Shown piece after piece: positions 13,313 through 30,356 of a DNA stretch of 64,000 bases. The notes beneath the pieces are model-generated. The model was not told where the DNA came from. It saw nothing but the letters and a program-made list of their open reading frames with translations, and ran no database searches. The translations under genes and the position numbers were made by a program. Source of the DNA: Auanema rhodensis (lineage: Eukaryota > Animalia > Nematoda); NCBI GenBank assembly GCA_964057225.1, contig OZ059897.1, positions 6,510,001 through 6,574,000 of the forward strand, written 5' to 3'. Position 1 is the stretch's first letter; the number at the start of each line of letters is the position of its first letter.

Positions 13313-13708
13313 ATCTTGACAACCGCCAGTACTTTCGTGTTTCCCTATACTCGAGCACCCATATGAAGTACGTGGAATAGTCTTACCCTCTTATATATAT
13401 AAAAACATTTTATATTAAAATGTATTGGTCCGGAGATAGTGGGTTATCGGTTAATTCCCCACTGTCACTCACTTGACTAATTTTGTATTTTTCAAAAATA
13501 TTTTTTGATTTTATATTTAAGTAACCATTAGCTTAAGGAATAAGATAGGAGCGTTATGTTTTTGATTTTTTTGAAATCAAAGTAAAATTTCATTAATGAA
13601 CTAAAATGTTTTCAAATAAAAATTGGAAATATTTAAATATTTAATATTATTTAAATGCTTCAGTCTTTATTCAACAAATCCAAAAATTAAAAAAGAAAAA
13701 TGATTTTT

Positions 13709-13809
13709 ACGTCAAAGTTCACGTAATGGGTGTACGTCGAGTTGGTGTTGACGTCAAAGTTCACGTAATGGATGTAAGTCGAGTTGGCATTGACGTCAAA
13801 GTTCACGTA
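13709..13809. repeat. 42-bp tandem repeat, about 2.4 copies
   Basis: Unit ACGTCAAAGTTCACGTAATGGGTGTACGTCGAGTTGGTGTTG. Confidence 0.9.
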
Positions 13810-13904
13810 TACACACTATGCGAAGACGTAGATGAGATTCAAGCACAAGTCGTTGTACATATTTTACTGTAAACAGGAAGTAAACAAAGACTTTGATAAA
13901 TATG

Positions 13905-14016
13905 GTATACCCAAACATGGAATTTGGATCTCTTATCCGATAGATTAACATAAAAACCTGTGCTGCTTTTCAATACCATATCTCACTTCTACATGTGTTG
14001 TCTAATTGGATCTGAA
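13905..14016 (-). pseudogene. Relic lysozyme exon
   Basis: Minus strand begins TTCAG|ATCCAA and ends TTCCATGTTTGG|GTAT, the same boundaries as the MIPSP exon of lysozyme copy 1. It has an in-frame stop and a diverged interior. Confidence 0.5.
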
Positions 14017-16820
14017 GACATGCGCAACATCCGATTTTTTGTTTCAGAACAAAATAAATAGATGTTTTCGAGTTATAACTTACATTCTTTAGCCATTTTT
14101 AATTTATTATTTGGATGAATATATTGACGAAACAAATTGTTGTAAGATAGGCTAGCCTATATCGACAATTGGATATTGCCTTATATCCAAAATAATCTTA
14201 AATTAATAAATTATATTTTCAATTCGTTTTAGTGTGAGCTATAACTGATTTTTCATATATTTTTTTTTTGTAATTTGTACAATAAATTTCTAGCGAATAT
14301 TTTTTATTTTCAGCAATAGTCAATTTCTTCTATCAAAATTTGAAATTAAAAAATATTTTAATTGTTTACAAATTCAAACTTATATTTATCACAGTGTTAA
14401 CATGTGTTTCCTCTTATTCTTATCACGATTGGTTTTAAAAAGAAGATGTGTGAAATGGAATAAAACATACTTTACAATGTATAAACCAAAAAGAAAAATA
14501 AATTATTTACAAAAATATAATAAACAATCCTAAAATCCACAATTGGATTACGTGTTTACGTCTTTCGTTATCTTACAGAATTAGACATTTTTTACCATAC
14601 TATCAGAAACTTTATTTTTTTTTCAAATGACTTAAAATCCAAGTAAAACTTGAAATATGGGCTATCTGATATTAAACAAAAGAAATAAAAATAATAAAAA
14701 TTTAAGAAAATATTGAACTGAATAATGTACCATATTCCTATATTTATTTTTCATTATTAGACCAAGATGAGCGGTTGTTTCCTTGATATATCAATATATT
14801 TTTTCGAATGTACAGATAAAAAGGCTTGAAAAAACAATTGGAAATTGGAAAAAAAACCAAATACGTTTGTCTATAAGATCCCTATAATGATGACGACCAG
14901 CATTTATTCAAGACATAAAGCCACATGAATGAGCACGAAGAATAAAAAAAACTGAAAATTTGATGAAAATTGTCAGCCTACTTGCTTTTTTAAAATTAAT
15001 TTTGAGAATATAATCTCTTTCTCCACATATATTATCTCTCTCTATCCCCTCTTTCACTCATCTTCTTTGTTCTTTCTTTCGGATTTTCTTTAAGCAGCAC
15101 CTTAAACTCTTAAGATATCGTCTACAGGCGGTGATCTATGTTTTAAAAAATGGCCACAATTTCAAAAATGTATTCAAGATAATTTTATTATTATTATTAT
15201 AACTTATAAGCAAATGAAATAATGAAATTATTATATTTTATTTGTTTAAACATCATTATATAGTTAATAATTTTAATTTATCTCATTGAAAAATGAAAAT
15301 TAATAAATTATCTAAAATTATTTTTACTTTAATATAAATTTAAAAACAAAATTATAATATTTAAATTCATCCATACATAGTAATATGTATAGTATATTGA
15401 CTTAATACCGTTCAAATATGTTCTAGTTAATATAAGGTTTTATTCTGTACTTCAGTCTTGTCACCATGACAACCTGCAGTGTTGAATACGTCATAAATTC
15501 GTCTTATCGAAAGAGAATATATGAGAAAAAATCATTTTGATATGTTGCCACACATTTGTACATATATGTATGTGTATGTATATCAAAAATATTTTCATAT
15601 TCTCAACAATACTTTATAACATTTTTATTTATTGGAAATTGTAAAAAAAAAAATAATTTTTTCATATAATTTTTAATTTTGTTTCGCCAATTTTTCTTCA
15701 AAATATGGAACATTTGATGCAAAATACATTTTCATGTATCGTTCAAAAATTCTTCAACAATACTTCCCATATTCATGCTATTGTTTAATTGAAAAAGTTT
15801 TTATTTGAAAATCAATCTTTAATGGATTGAAACTTGTTTCATTATTCAGATATTTGTATGTGTACTTGTAGAATACTTTGAATATTTAAACTTCATAATA
15901 ACATTTTGTATTTTCTTGAAACTATTTTCTGAGTGGTTACAACTGTATGTTTCAACTTGAACTTTAGACAAAGTTTTAATATTAATAGTATAATTTGTTT
16001 TGAAGCCTTTAAACTAGTCTCTTTCCCGCTTTTTCTATTCCCTCATGCAGCCTTCCTTTTCTCTCTCTCTCTCTTTCTCCCCCTCTCTCTCTCTCTCTCT
16101 CATAACTTAAAATCTCGGGAGATATTTATTTCAAATTCTTGTTACCATTCAAATACATATGTATGTACTACAAAAACGATTCTTATTATTACTGGTAATT
16201 ATTATATATTTTCATTTATTTTCCATTCAATCAGATTTTTCAAATTCTTAGAATATTCTTATTTTATTATTTTTTTATTATAAATATATATATTTATTAC
16301 ATAAGAATCACTAATATTCTGATAAATTCTTCCATACTACTACTCAGCCGATTATATCCATCATCTACATACGTATGGATACATACATACTAGGATATTC
16401 TTCCAACTTTAATTTTGCAAATAATGCTGAAAATTCAAATCAAATACAACAAAGCCATGATGAAAGAAGGATATATTTTTTATTTTTTTGTCTTGTTCAT
16501 ACACATACGTATGATATATAGTATATCAATTTCAACTTCAACTTCAACTTCAACTTCAATTTCAAAATTAAAATTAAAATTGAAATGAAATTCTATTATT
16601 AGTATCGTGATGGATACAAAAAAAAAACTAAAAGATCAACTTATTCATAAAAAGTTTTCTACTTGATCAAGCATGATTTAAATTTCTTATTCATACGTAT
16701 AATTAGCAAATTTTCTTTTGATTTTAAGCCATTTTTGTTTTTTATTTCTAACGAAGCTGTATATTCATTGTAATAATGTATGACATACTAGCGAGGTATG
16801 CAACGTATGAATTCAGATAT

Positions 16821-16889
<69 letters not shown>

Positions 16890-18300
16890 CCCCTCTCTCT
16901 CTCTCTTCATTAATCCCTCTCCTTACAGAATTTTACACTATACTTAACAATACATACATACATTGATGTACATACATATATTTTTCAATTTTTGAATAAA
17001 GATATATATTAATAATTAAATATTCCGATTAATTTATGTTCTCAAATAGATTTATTAAAAATTCATTGTATTTTCTTAAATATTCAAATGAAAAATTATT
17101 AAAATTTATAATTTTAACTTTAACATATATCTTTTATATAGATTTTATATTAGATACTAACAAAATTATAATTTTTACATTAAATTATATATGATTTTCT
17201 ATATTCGGCAATAAAAGTGATTTTCAGATAAAATTCGTGTCATTATATTTAATTGTCTTAAAAGAAAATATATGAATGGCTTTCAATCAATGAATCAGAT
17301 ATTTTTAGTTTATTCGGAATCTCTTTTCTCTCTCTCTCTCTCTCTCCCTCTATATATACTTTTGCTTCTAAATATTTTTTTTTTTTGGAAACCCAGGATC
17401 TGTATCCACAATTATCCAAACTTTTTCTTCTCTTCTTAACTTTGTTGTTGTTATATACATATATGTATATTAAATTAACAAAATTAGTATAATTTGTCTT
17501 TTTGAAGAGAAAAAATATCTAACTGATTACATGTTGAAGGATAATTTTTGGTTGGCTAGATATCAACAATCCACAACAATTCAATAGCAAAATTCTATTT
17601 TTGTTTCGTCAACTACTTGATATTTCCACAAATTTTTTATTACACAAAAATCTTCAAAACGATTATTATAATGTGTTCAAGTATATTTCATTAATTGCAT
17701 ACTATAATCAAAGTTTGTTCAGTTCAAAATAACAGTATCTGATGTGTTTAGTGGAAATACTATAACGATTTCTATCCCTTTATCTCTCCCCCTCCTTCTA
17801 TCCACCCCCTTTTTATTTTGAAATCTTTAAACTTTCAAATACATTGAGTTCTTTTCTATGTTCTAAAACGATAAAAAACTTTATTTTATTCTGTTTGAAG
17901 AAGCAGAGTCATGCTGAGAATGTGTGCATAATGGGCTTCATCATTTAGGTTAAAGCTTGATCTCAGGTTGGATTTGTCAGCTTGAAGCTCGATTGGTTAT
18001 TCATTCAAATATTTCACATGTTTGTTTGTTAAAAAAACATAAACATGTTGTCTGTGAAGATAAAGAATTCTAAATCTAAATCTCTTCTAAGGTTTTTTCT
18101 GATCAAATTGAACTCCAAAGTTGAAGCCTGATATCATAAATCAAGACCATGAAATATTATTAAATTGTCGTCGCAAAACTATTTTAAGATATATTTTCTT
18201 TATGACTGAATGAATAATAATAATTTTTCTTTTATTCTTATAATATTACCTTTCTATAAAAATTGTATAATTAAGTTTATAAGTAATGATATTTTAGCTG

Positions 18301-18730
18301 ATGGATCGGGGAACACTGGAGTTTCGAGATAATTCAGATCAATACATTGTGCTTACAGTCATTCATATTAAATATTTGGCTATATTTACAAATCTACTTG
18401 GTAAATTAATTTCATTTTTTATTAAATTATCAATACTATACGATATAGTTAGAATTTCTTTTTGATCATATAAGTTTTTTATAGGTTTAGTCATTGTTGT
18501 AGCAGTTTTCAGCTGTGGATTTGCCTTCTTCCCTTGGGCACTATATGATACATCTTTTGATGTAATTGGTAAGATTTTCAGAATATTTCAATTTCTCTTC
18601 GTTTTCTTCTTTTTTTTTCTGAAATGGAAGAGAAAAAAACAAAAAATTAGCATAAAAGCAAATAGAATCATGATTAGAACACGGACTGTATGACAAACAA
18701 TCAGACATTTTCTCAAAATCAATTAGACAA

Positions 18731-18767
<37 letters not shown>

Positions 18768-19908
18768 CTCTCTCTACAATTGAAACTTATTACAGCTCTT
18801 CTTGGATTCTTCATATTCTTAGTTTCTGGTCTATGTGTTCATTGGCTAGCTCTATATTCCATTCATGCTACTAAGGTAACATTTCAATAGTTTATTCATT
18901 GAAATTTTAAAAATTTCAGTATCGTCTCATGATTCCCGTAGTTATATTTCATTCATTCCTCATTGCTCTTGAAGGTATCACTGTTCTTATTGCAATTGGC
19001 GAGCTAGTAGCAAATCAGGTAACTTTTACTGTTTGTCCTTCTCTCTCTCTCTCCCTTTCTCTCTCTCTGTCCCTTTCTCCCTTTCTCTCTTTCTCTCTCA
19101 ATTTTCTTAAACATCAGCATCATTTCAGAATGTAACCATGAATGAGAATGATTTAGCTGCGAGATATGTATTAATAACAAATCCGATATGTATTTTATTT
19201 GGAGTTCTTATGATCTACACTGTTGTTCGTGCCAAATCTTATCTTCGAAATAAACATCGTCATATACGTAATGGGCTACCACCTGTGAGATTTCATGCTT
19301 TTACTCAAAAAATAAACAAATAAAATTATCTTTTTTTAACATTTTGCAACTGAAAAGCAAAAAAAAAATGTAAGAAATAATTACTATATTTTGGCTAATT
19401 CGTTTGAAGAGCATAATGTTTTGATCTAAAAACAAAAAAACTTTTATTCCAAGAACTGATAAACAATTATTCATATAGTAATAATAATAATAAATTATAA
19501 TTTTAATGTTATACATACTTTTTATTTAATTTATAATATCTAAAGAATAATTAAATAGAATAACGTTTGTGAGCCTATCAATATCAGCCGTCGGTACAGC
19601 TGAAAACTCATTGAATCACGTTAGAATTTCAAAAATCTTGAGATAAAAGTTTAAAAAGTTTAAAAATTTAGCTGAAATTTGATGTTTTATTATAAAATTT
19701 TAATTATGAAACGAATAAATTATTAATTATATCGTCATTTCAGCCAGTTATGGAAGTTTCACATGAAGTTGTCTTCTTTCAAAATAAAGTATTTTCATCA
19801 GCTGAAAACAGCACAACGGAAGACTCAACAGCAAATGCTCGTTCAAATGCTGATGCCATGATTGAATCAGCACAAGCCCAGGAACAAAACAAGGACAACA
19901 ATAGTTGA
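18301..19908 (+). CDS. Four-transmembrane nematode protein of unknown function, 6 exons
   Basis: Continuous spliced frame MDRGTLEFRDNSDQYIVLTVIHIK...EQNKDNNS* with four hydrophobic segments. The ATG lies 3 nt after a TTTTAG acceptor. Confidence 0.82.
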
Positions 19909-20873
19909 TTTATTATGATTTTCTTGTTAAGAAAATACTAAAAATACTTATATTAAGTGCATAGATGAAGTAAGTACGGGAGATGATGATATATACATAT
20001 TTTTGGATTAAAAAATATAAGAAAAAAACCAATCAACTCAGTTAATATTGTATATTTTATCAATATAATTAAGTATATATTATATAATTTATTTTATATC
20101 TTTATAAAATAATAATGTCTTATATTATATAGAAAGTATTATGAATTTATTGCTTGAACTAGGAAGTATGCTGATTGTTTGAATGTAATGTAATCGTATA
20201 TGCTCAAGAAAAAACTATAATTTTCAGTCAAAAATCAAATAAAGTATTATGCTCAATGATCTATAAAGTTAATTAAACTTGTGTTTTACAAGATTTTCAC
20301 ATATATAATGCATGTAGTATAGTATAGTATATGATATAGTATAAGGATAAGTGTAAATTGAAATACACATGTATGATTCAATACGTGTATGTCGTAATAG
20401 CAAAAGGCCAAAAAGACCAGAAAGTAAGTAAAGAGACGTACTTCATATTCACACATCAAACATACATATCATATACACGTTTTATTAGATGTAGGCTTAA
20501 TCTTGCCGTAATATTCTGGATCGGATCAGATCAAGATGTTTACTGAAGAGCTGAAAGCTGTAGGGTATGTACTCACATCACTACTACTACTATCCATCTA
20601 GCTATGTTGCAGATGTAGAAAGTTAATGAAATCGAAGATATAACCATTAAATGGACAAAAAAAAGATAATTTCATCTTTTCCTACTTGATTCATCATCAA
20701 GACTGAAGATGTAAATGGCAAACCGGTCACACACACATACACACACATGTATAGAACGATAGTTCCAAGCTATAGAGGTTGTCATTCTTCCATTTTTACA
20801 TCAAAGAATTATGAATTTTCTATTTAACTATTGTTTTAAAGAAATTACAGAAGTTGTTTCATTTATCCTTTTA

Positions 20874-20906
<33 letters not shown>

Positions 20907-20917
20907 TTCTCTCTCTG

Positions 20918-20961
<44 letters not shown>

Positions 20962-21810
20962 CTTTTGTGTAGGAAACTTTCTTGTAAGTATAACATCAAT
21001 ATAACATCTACTAATATATAGTAAATGCATGTACTTATAACAGATAAACAATACAAAACTTGGATTGAAAAATTAAAAACTTGACGATACGGCATGACTT
21101 GAGAGTTGCCACAGAAGATGAAAAAGGTTCATTATCATCATGATGCTGCTACTCGTGGGTTAACGTCCATTGTCATCATCGTCATCTTGTTCAACCAGTC
21201 ACCACCTAATCAATAATCAACTCAATACTTGTTCTTTTCATTTGTTTGAACATCTTTTTATTATTTTATCATAATAAAACAACAAGAAAAGTATATTTTC
21301 TCTTTTAATTTCCATCAGATTTCATTTTCATAAATTCCTTTTTTCCAATTTTAATTCCAATCATCTTATTCAATCTTTTCTTTATTATAATTTGAACTTT
21401 GTATAGCTTAAAGATGAAAGAATGCGAACGAAGAATTGACAGTAACATCATCATCATCATCATAGCAGCAGCATCAGACCTCCTGTATCGTTTTCTTACC
21501 GAAGGCAATTAAAAATTTTCAAACTTTAACGATCTTTTCACATCATAAAATCATCATTTTCAATTCTTTTCAATCACTTTTGTACTATAGCAATCTAAAC
21601 GTCTTTTATAAAAATATAAAATAAATTATATAATATATACTTCTGATAAAGACACTTCGGAAATTCTTAATCTTTAATGTGTCTACTAATTCAATGAGAT
21701 CATAATTTGTCAGAAGTTTAAGATTTTGGGAAAAGCTTATTGAATAGCAATAAAAACAATAAATACAAGTGAAAAATTGAAAGTGGGCAAAATGGTCACT
21801 TTTACGTCCA

Positions 21811-21921
21811 GCCCAAAACATGACGTTTTTCAAAAATGACTGATTTTCGATGAGCTTAGACACTTTTTTGCTGAAAATAAGCGTTAAAATAGTCAAAAAG
21901 TGCAAAAAACGTCATTTGGGC
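21811..21921. mobile_element. Small inverted-repeat element (MITE-like remnant)
   Basis: GCCCAAAACATGACGTTTTTT ... AAAAAACGTCATTTGGGC. TGGGCAAAATG...CGTCCAGC also occurs as a direct repeat at ~21784 and ~21917. Confidence 0.5.
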
Positions 21922-24023
21922 AAAATGACCGTCCAGCGTCAACCATTTGTATACTACTGTCGTCGTCGTCGTCGTCGTCGTGGTGGTGATGAAAGACGTC
22001 ACTATCATCGACGTCGTCATCAGAGTCATTGTCGTCTTCATATCTTCCAAATGACTTCATTCTCTTCAAATTGCTATCCAAATATTCTTAATAATCTTTA
22101 ATTAATCTCTATATCGTTAGTTGAAAATATATTTTAAAATCTTCAATCACACAACACACAGCAGCAATACTTAACGTTAAAACAATTTTTCTTCTTCTTC
22201 TTCTTCTTCTTCTTCGTACTAATAAAGCAAAATAAAATAATTTTTTTTGTGATTCTTGATTCTCAGAGAGGATCAATCATTTTGTGTTTCAAGGATTTCT
22301 TCATGTTTATATCAATTCAGATTTATATATGTACGTATGTGGTAAGCGTAGAGAACCGGAGGGCTATTTATCAATATAAGAAATCAATGATCTTCTCCAA
22401 TTTCTCTCCTCATATGTGTCTGTCTGGTGTCCAAATGATTTTCTGTGTGTATGTGTCTTTAGGGGGGGAAATTCTCTATGTATGTATATGGCATACGAGG
22501 AAACCGGTAAGAGTTTCAAGAGACTGTGTTAGCTGAAGCAACCTATCACAGACACTACTCTTCGCTTCTCTAACATCAGCAACATCTTTTTGGAATATAA
22601 TTTCAAAATCTATTCTAAACATTCACATCATCATCATATATATACATATAGTAAAGAAATAGTAAAATATATATTTCTGAATTGGATATATCATCGTCAT
22701 TGTCATCATCGTCATCATCATCGTCACCATCATCAACTGAAACATGTTGAACCACATGTTCATGTTCTATCTAATCTCAAATTTGTATGTAAGTGTATGT
22801 ATGTATGTGTTTGAATATCTCACTCCTACCTGTCTCAAACAAAAAAAAACGTGAACAAGGTCAGTCAAGGTCTTACGTTAGAAAATTTCTATAGAAAACA
22901 ATTAAGTTCCACAGATTAATTCACTGTTTATTGATTATATTTTTCAATTTTCAATCATTTTTTCAGAAAAAAACTTAAAAATTCTATATTTTGAGCTTAT
23001 CTGAAACTCTATTGACAAATGATTTTCACGCACCTACTTGAACAGTTATGTATGTACTTATATCATCAACTTCATCTGCTTCTTCTCTGTTAAACTACTA
23101 GTATTTCTATTCAACTCTTCTCTAATTCATTGGATTTTTATTTTATTTTTGAATAATTCCTATATCTTCTGATTCCTTAGCATTAGCAAGAGCTCTACTC
23201 TCTTTGTCTCTATCAATATTTCTTTTTAGAATCTTTTTTTTATCTGGTTTTCTCTAATTTTCAATGTAAATTATGATTTTAACTATTATTATCTATTACA
23301 TTATGCTATTTTATAATTAATCATTTTCAAAATATATGTTTTACTTCACAAAAAAAATCAGAAAAACACGAATGCTAAGCATATCTGAAACAACTGGAAT
23401 TACCTATCTTAATCGGGTTGTTACATATGACATATTGATAAGAAGTTTTTATTTCATTGTATATAAATGATTAAAATAAAAACCTTATCTTTATATTTCT
23501 TTATATGTTCTGTACTTCTAAAATCATTCAATTTTTTGAATTTACTATCACTAGCTTGAATTGCTTTCATGTATTCTTGTCATATTTTCTTGATATAGTC
23601 TAATCAGCATTGAAGTTTTCTCTTTCAATATCCCGCTTTTCCTCCATTTTTACCTTTTAATATATTAGTTCCATGTCTATTCTTTCTAAATTACCTCTTT
23701 TCTATTTTTCATTCATTCTCTCTATTCATCCTCATCCACCCCCCTCTCTCTCTCACTCTCTCTTCCTCTCTCTTTTTCTCTGTTATTTAATTTTTTTTTA
23801 CATAATTTTTTATATAATAATTTATAAAAAAATAGAAATTGTAATATTTAAAATAAATTAAAAAACTATAATTCATAAGCTCACATAGTAAATTAGAATA
23901 TTTTCAGCTTTATTATTCTTCTACAACTCATGTCCTGATCTCTCAAAAATACATGTAAGTTTATTTTTTTTTTATTTTTTCTAATTAAAATTTTTTTCCA
24001 GATTTTGACTCTGAAAAAGCAAT

Positions 24024-26863
<2,840 letters not shown>

Positions 26864-27189
26864 AACTTTAAAACCTCATTTTCTCAAATATTCTGGAAAT
26901 TATGAGAAAACAATATAAATTTAAATTATTATTTATTTGTTTATAAAAAAAATTGAAAAAGAAAAACTATTTAAATTTGGAGTATGTACAGTTCATTCGA
27001 CAACAATATTATTTCTGACGTGATGTATCTAATAAAACTAACAATTCCAACAACCGACTTTGAAATTACTCAGTTTCCTTTATAATTATTCAAAGATGGC
27101 AGGAGCAGCCAGAAGAATTCAATGAACTATTCAGAATAAGAAAAACAATAATGAAATAACTTTTCTGAATGTGGGCTCAATGTTGCCCG

Positions 27190-27274
27190 TATTCATTATT
27201 GAGGAACCGCTCGATATTCAATTTTTCATTTTTCATTGTCAGATCAAGATGAGCGGTTGTGTCTCTGATGAATA
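27190..27274. repeat. Most complete copy of the dispersed ACAACCGCTCA inverted-repeat element
   Basis: Left arm TATTCATTATTGAGGAACCGCTC, right arm GAGCGGTTGTGTCTCTGATGAATA. The right half closely matches 14747-14787. Confidence 0.75.
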
Positions 27275-27654
27275 TTAGAGAGTAATAACTTACATTGACA
27301 GATTGTATATAATACAATAATAATAATAAAAGAAAATCAACGTTATCTCATATCTACAGAACTTTTTTATATTTTGGACAAAATTTATTTTTCAATTATA
27401 TCTTCCTAACAGTTTATCTTCACTTCATTTTTTACGATTACAAGTGTATCTTGTATTAAAAGAAAATAAAATGTTTTAATAAAAAAGATCATATTATATG
27501 AATATTCTTTTGAACAATATAAAGATTGAAGAGAATGTAGAGAATACAACTTTAACCCTCCATTTACAAGCATATAGTTGAAAAAATAAGAAGAAACTTA
27601 AACTTTACCAGTTATATCATATTTAATTATCAAATAAGAAAAAACAAAACTGTA

Positions 27655-27726
27655 TGCGTTCGGGGGGAATCGAACCCCCTTCGAATGCTTGGAAGGCATC
27701 CATGCTGACCATTACACCACGAACGC
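27655..27726 (-). tRNA. tRNA-Gly (anticodon TCC)
   Basis: GCGTTCGTGGTGTAATGGTCAGCATGGATGCCTTCCAAGCATTCGAAGGGGGTTCGATTCCCCCCGAACGCA: 72 nt, 7-bp acceptor stem, intact A and B boxes. Confidence 0.97.
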
Positions 27727-30356
27727 TACATTCAGATCCCTTACATCTGGCTAGAGAAACTTTGACCCAACACGAGAAAACATCGAATGCTGCATTTATC
27801 AGTTTTCCTAATATCGTATAGAATAGTATATAGATTGCAACTTATAGAAGTTTGAGAAAAGTTCGGCAATTGGTGAATAACATAGCCGGTTCTTCATCAA
27901 TCCTTCTAAAAAAAAAATATTTTCAGTTTCTCCTCTTCCATTAGTTTTGTCCCGAGTGACCATTGTATAAAATATTCTTAAAAGGGAGAATGAAACCTTA
28001 GTTTGTTTATATATTTTTAAAATTTATAATAAAGATTTTAATTATAATAATCCATATATACAAATATTTCAAACTAAACTAATGTATAATTTCATGAAAT
28101 CATAGATGTATGCAAAGAAAAAGTCAACGTTTTCTCTTTTTTCTTCTCATATTCTTCAAACCGCAACAAAAAAAAAGAAATCCAATAACGTAGTCCAGCT
28201 ATCACTCACTAATGTCAGTTCGGATCTGTTTTTTATTTTCTACATTGGCCTGTTCATCCATGTTTTTCTTCACCCTCTAACACCTCATTTCACGGAATAT
28301 TTTCTGCCAAATTCTGATTGATAGCTAGGATATGTATGTTGTCTGCCTGTCCTCTTCTCGAATTTCAAACTTTTTTTTCCTCTTTTCGTCTCCACAAACA
28401 GATGTCTTTCATTTGTAAATCGCTTCCCAACATGAAATTTCGTCTAAATCAAAATCCTAAATGAAATTCATGCTATTTAACAATCCATTTTGTTCATTTT
28501 AATTAAGTATGTTCAAGAATTTCTGCTACATTTTCTTGGAATTTCATCTTTTCTTACACACATATGGGGTGGATGATCATTTTTCTTATTCCCAAATTCC
28601 GTATTCAGCTTAAATCTTAATCTGAGCCATTCATATTCATTCATGAATTTCTTTTTCGCTCAGCCGAATCTGATTTCCGTCTGTTCTCTTGACGGTCATC
28701 AAGTTACCTGGTCCATACATCCAGCTAATACAACCCTCCAACATTTCGTTTCCGGTTCTGCGTGTCAAGTCGAATCGCGACATTTGACTTCGGATTGTTG
28801 CACTGCAATTATGATGTTGAAAAAGAGAAAACATGTCAATTCTGCTCACTTTCTGGCGTGATTTTTAAATATTTTGCAGCAAAAACTGAATGCTTTTCTA
28901 CTTTTGTTAGAGCATCAGGCTGCAACACTTCGTTATAACTATGATACTCGTCAAAATATTGTTCATTTTACATTAACGGCTTCAAGTTCAAAGTTTGGTG
29001 TTTATAACTATATATGCTATATAATTTTTATCTTTCGAATTATATGTAAACATCTGATCTCCCTTATATGTATGTATGTATATGCATGTGTATATACATC
29101 TCTCTTCTCTCATCAAGTTGTTGAAAAGAAAAATCAGCACCAAACATATGCTTACGGCTAAATCTTTAATACATTACTTGGCTTATGAAGACGAAAATGT
29201 TGAATTGAAGAATTCAATCCATCAGATTCGTCGTCATCCCGTTAACTCCTATTGATTTCTTTGTTTTATTCAAATTCCAAGCATGACGCCTAATGAAGTG
29301 AAGCCCCTAGATTGCGGGTCAACAAAAGTCATCGCCAAGTTCTCTTTTTCAAGGCATGTTCTCCAAGTTGTTCCCATTTTCTTAAATTCTGTTATGCAAA
29401 GTACCGAACAACAACTGCATTCTCGTATAATCAAAAATCCTAATAAAGAGCTTTAGAACAGAGAAGCTTACCAGAGATATCTATCCTGAAGCACTTTGAC
29501 ATTGGGCTGTTGTCTATATATTGGCGATAGTGCCAAAACTTGAGCTTCTCAGAGAACTTTTCTGTTCCCTATTCCTTATATAATCTCTGTCTTTCTTTAT
29601 CTCCCCCCCCCTCTCTCTCTTCTCATCTGTTAAGTCTCTATCCTATCTAATACTAATTCTCATTCTTTTCATTCATTTACATATCCTGTATACTAGCATT
29701 CAGTATTGTTAGTCCGGATGAAAAGTTCCTAAGAACATTCATTACTACCAACTTGTTTAGTTCATACTTCAAACTTTCTTCTTCATTAACCATCCAATAC
29801 AGATCACTTACATGAGAACTTGTCATATCCTGGTAAATACGAAGAAACTTCTCCCTCTTTCTCTCTCTCCTTTTCACATTTTCCTCTTCTTTCTTTCACT
29901 TTGAGATGATTATTACTAAGAGTTTTTTTGAACGCCTCCTTTCATTCAGCTGATTTTTCTTCTTTTCGTACATGTAGCTTAATGTCAAAGCATTCATTCC
30001 TCTCTCGATCTCACTCAACCTAGCTAACAACATGCTTCATTGCTTGACAATATGCTCATTCACGATGCTATTCCTTCGTCATGAAACTGAAATTATCAAT
30101 TTCTCTTTTTATTCTTTTAAATTTTACTTTTCCATATTCTCTCTTTTTCTTTTTCTACGTATAGTTTGTAGAATAAAAGTTGCTAACTTCCATATGTTCT
30201 TAAGCCTCCTTAGTCGGAGAAACGAAGGCTATTAATCTATTTCTTGTACGTTATGTTGACAGGTGTTTATCCAACTCAATCACTTAATTATATGTTATAA
30301 TCTAATTGATTATCTATATTATTTAGATTTTCATCAACTCACTAACTATGTGAAAA

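Noticed and set aside
13709-13809. CRISPR-like repeat/spacer appearance
   Set aside because: The 'spacers' are near-identical, the context is eukaryotic and there are no cas genes.
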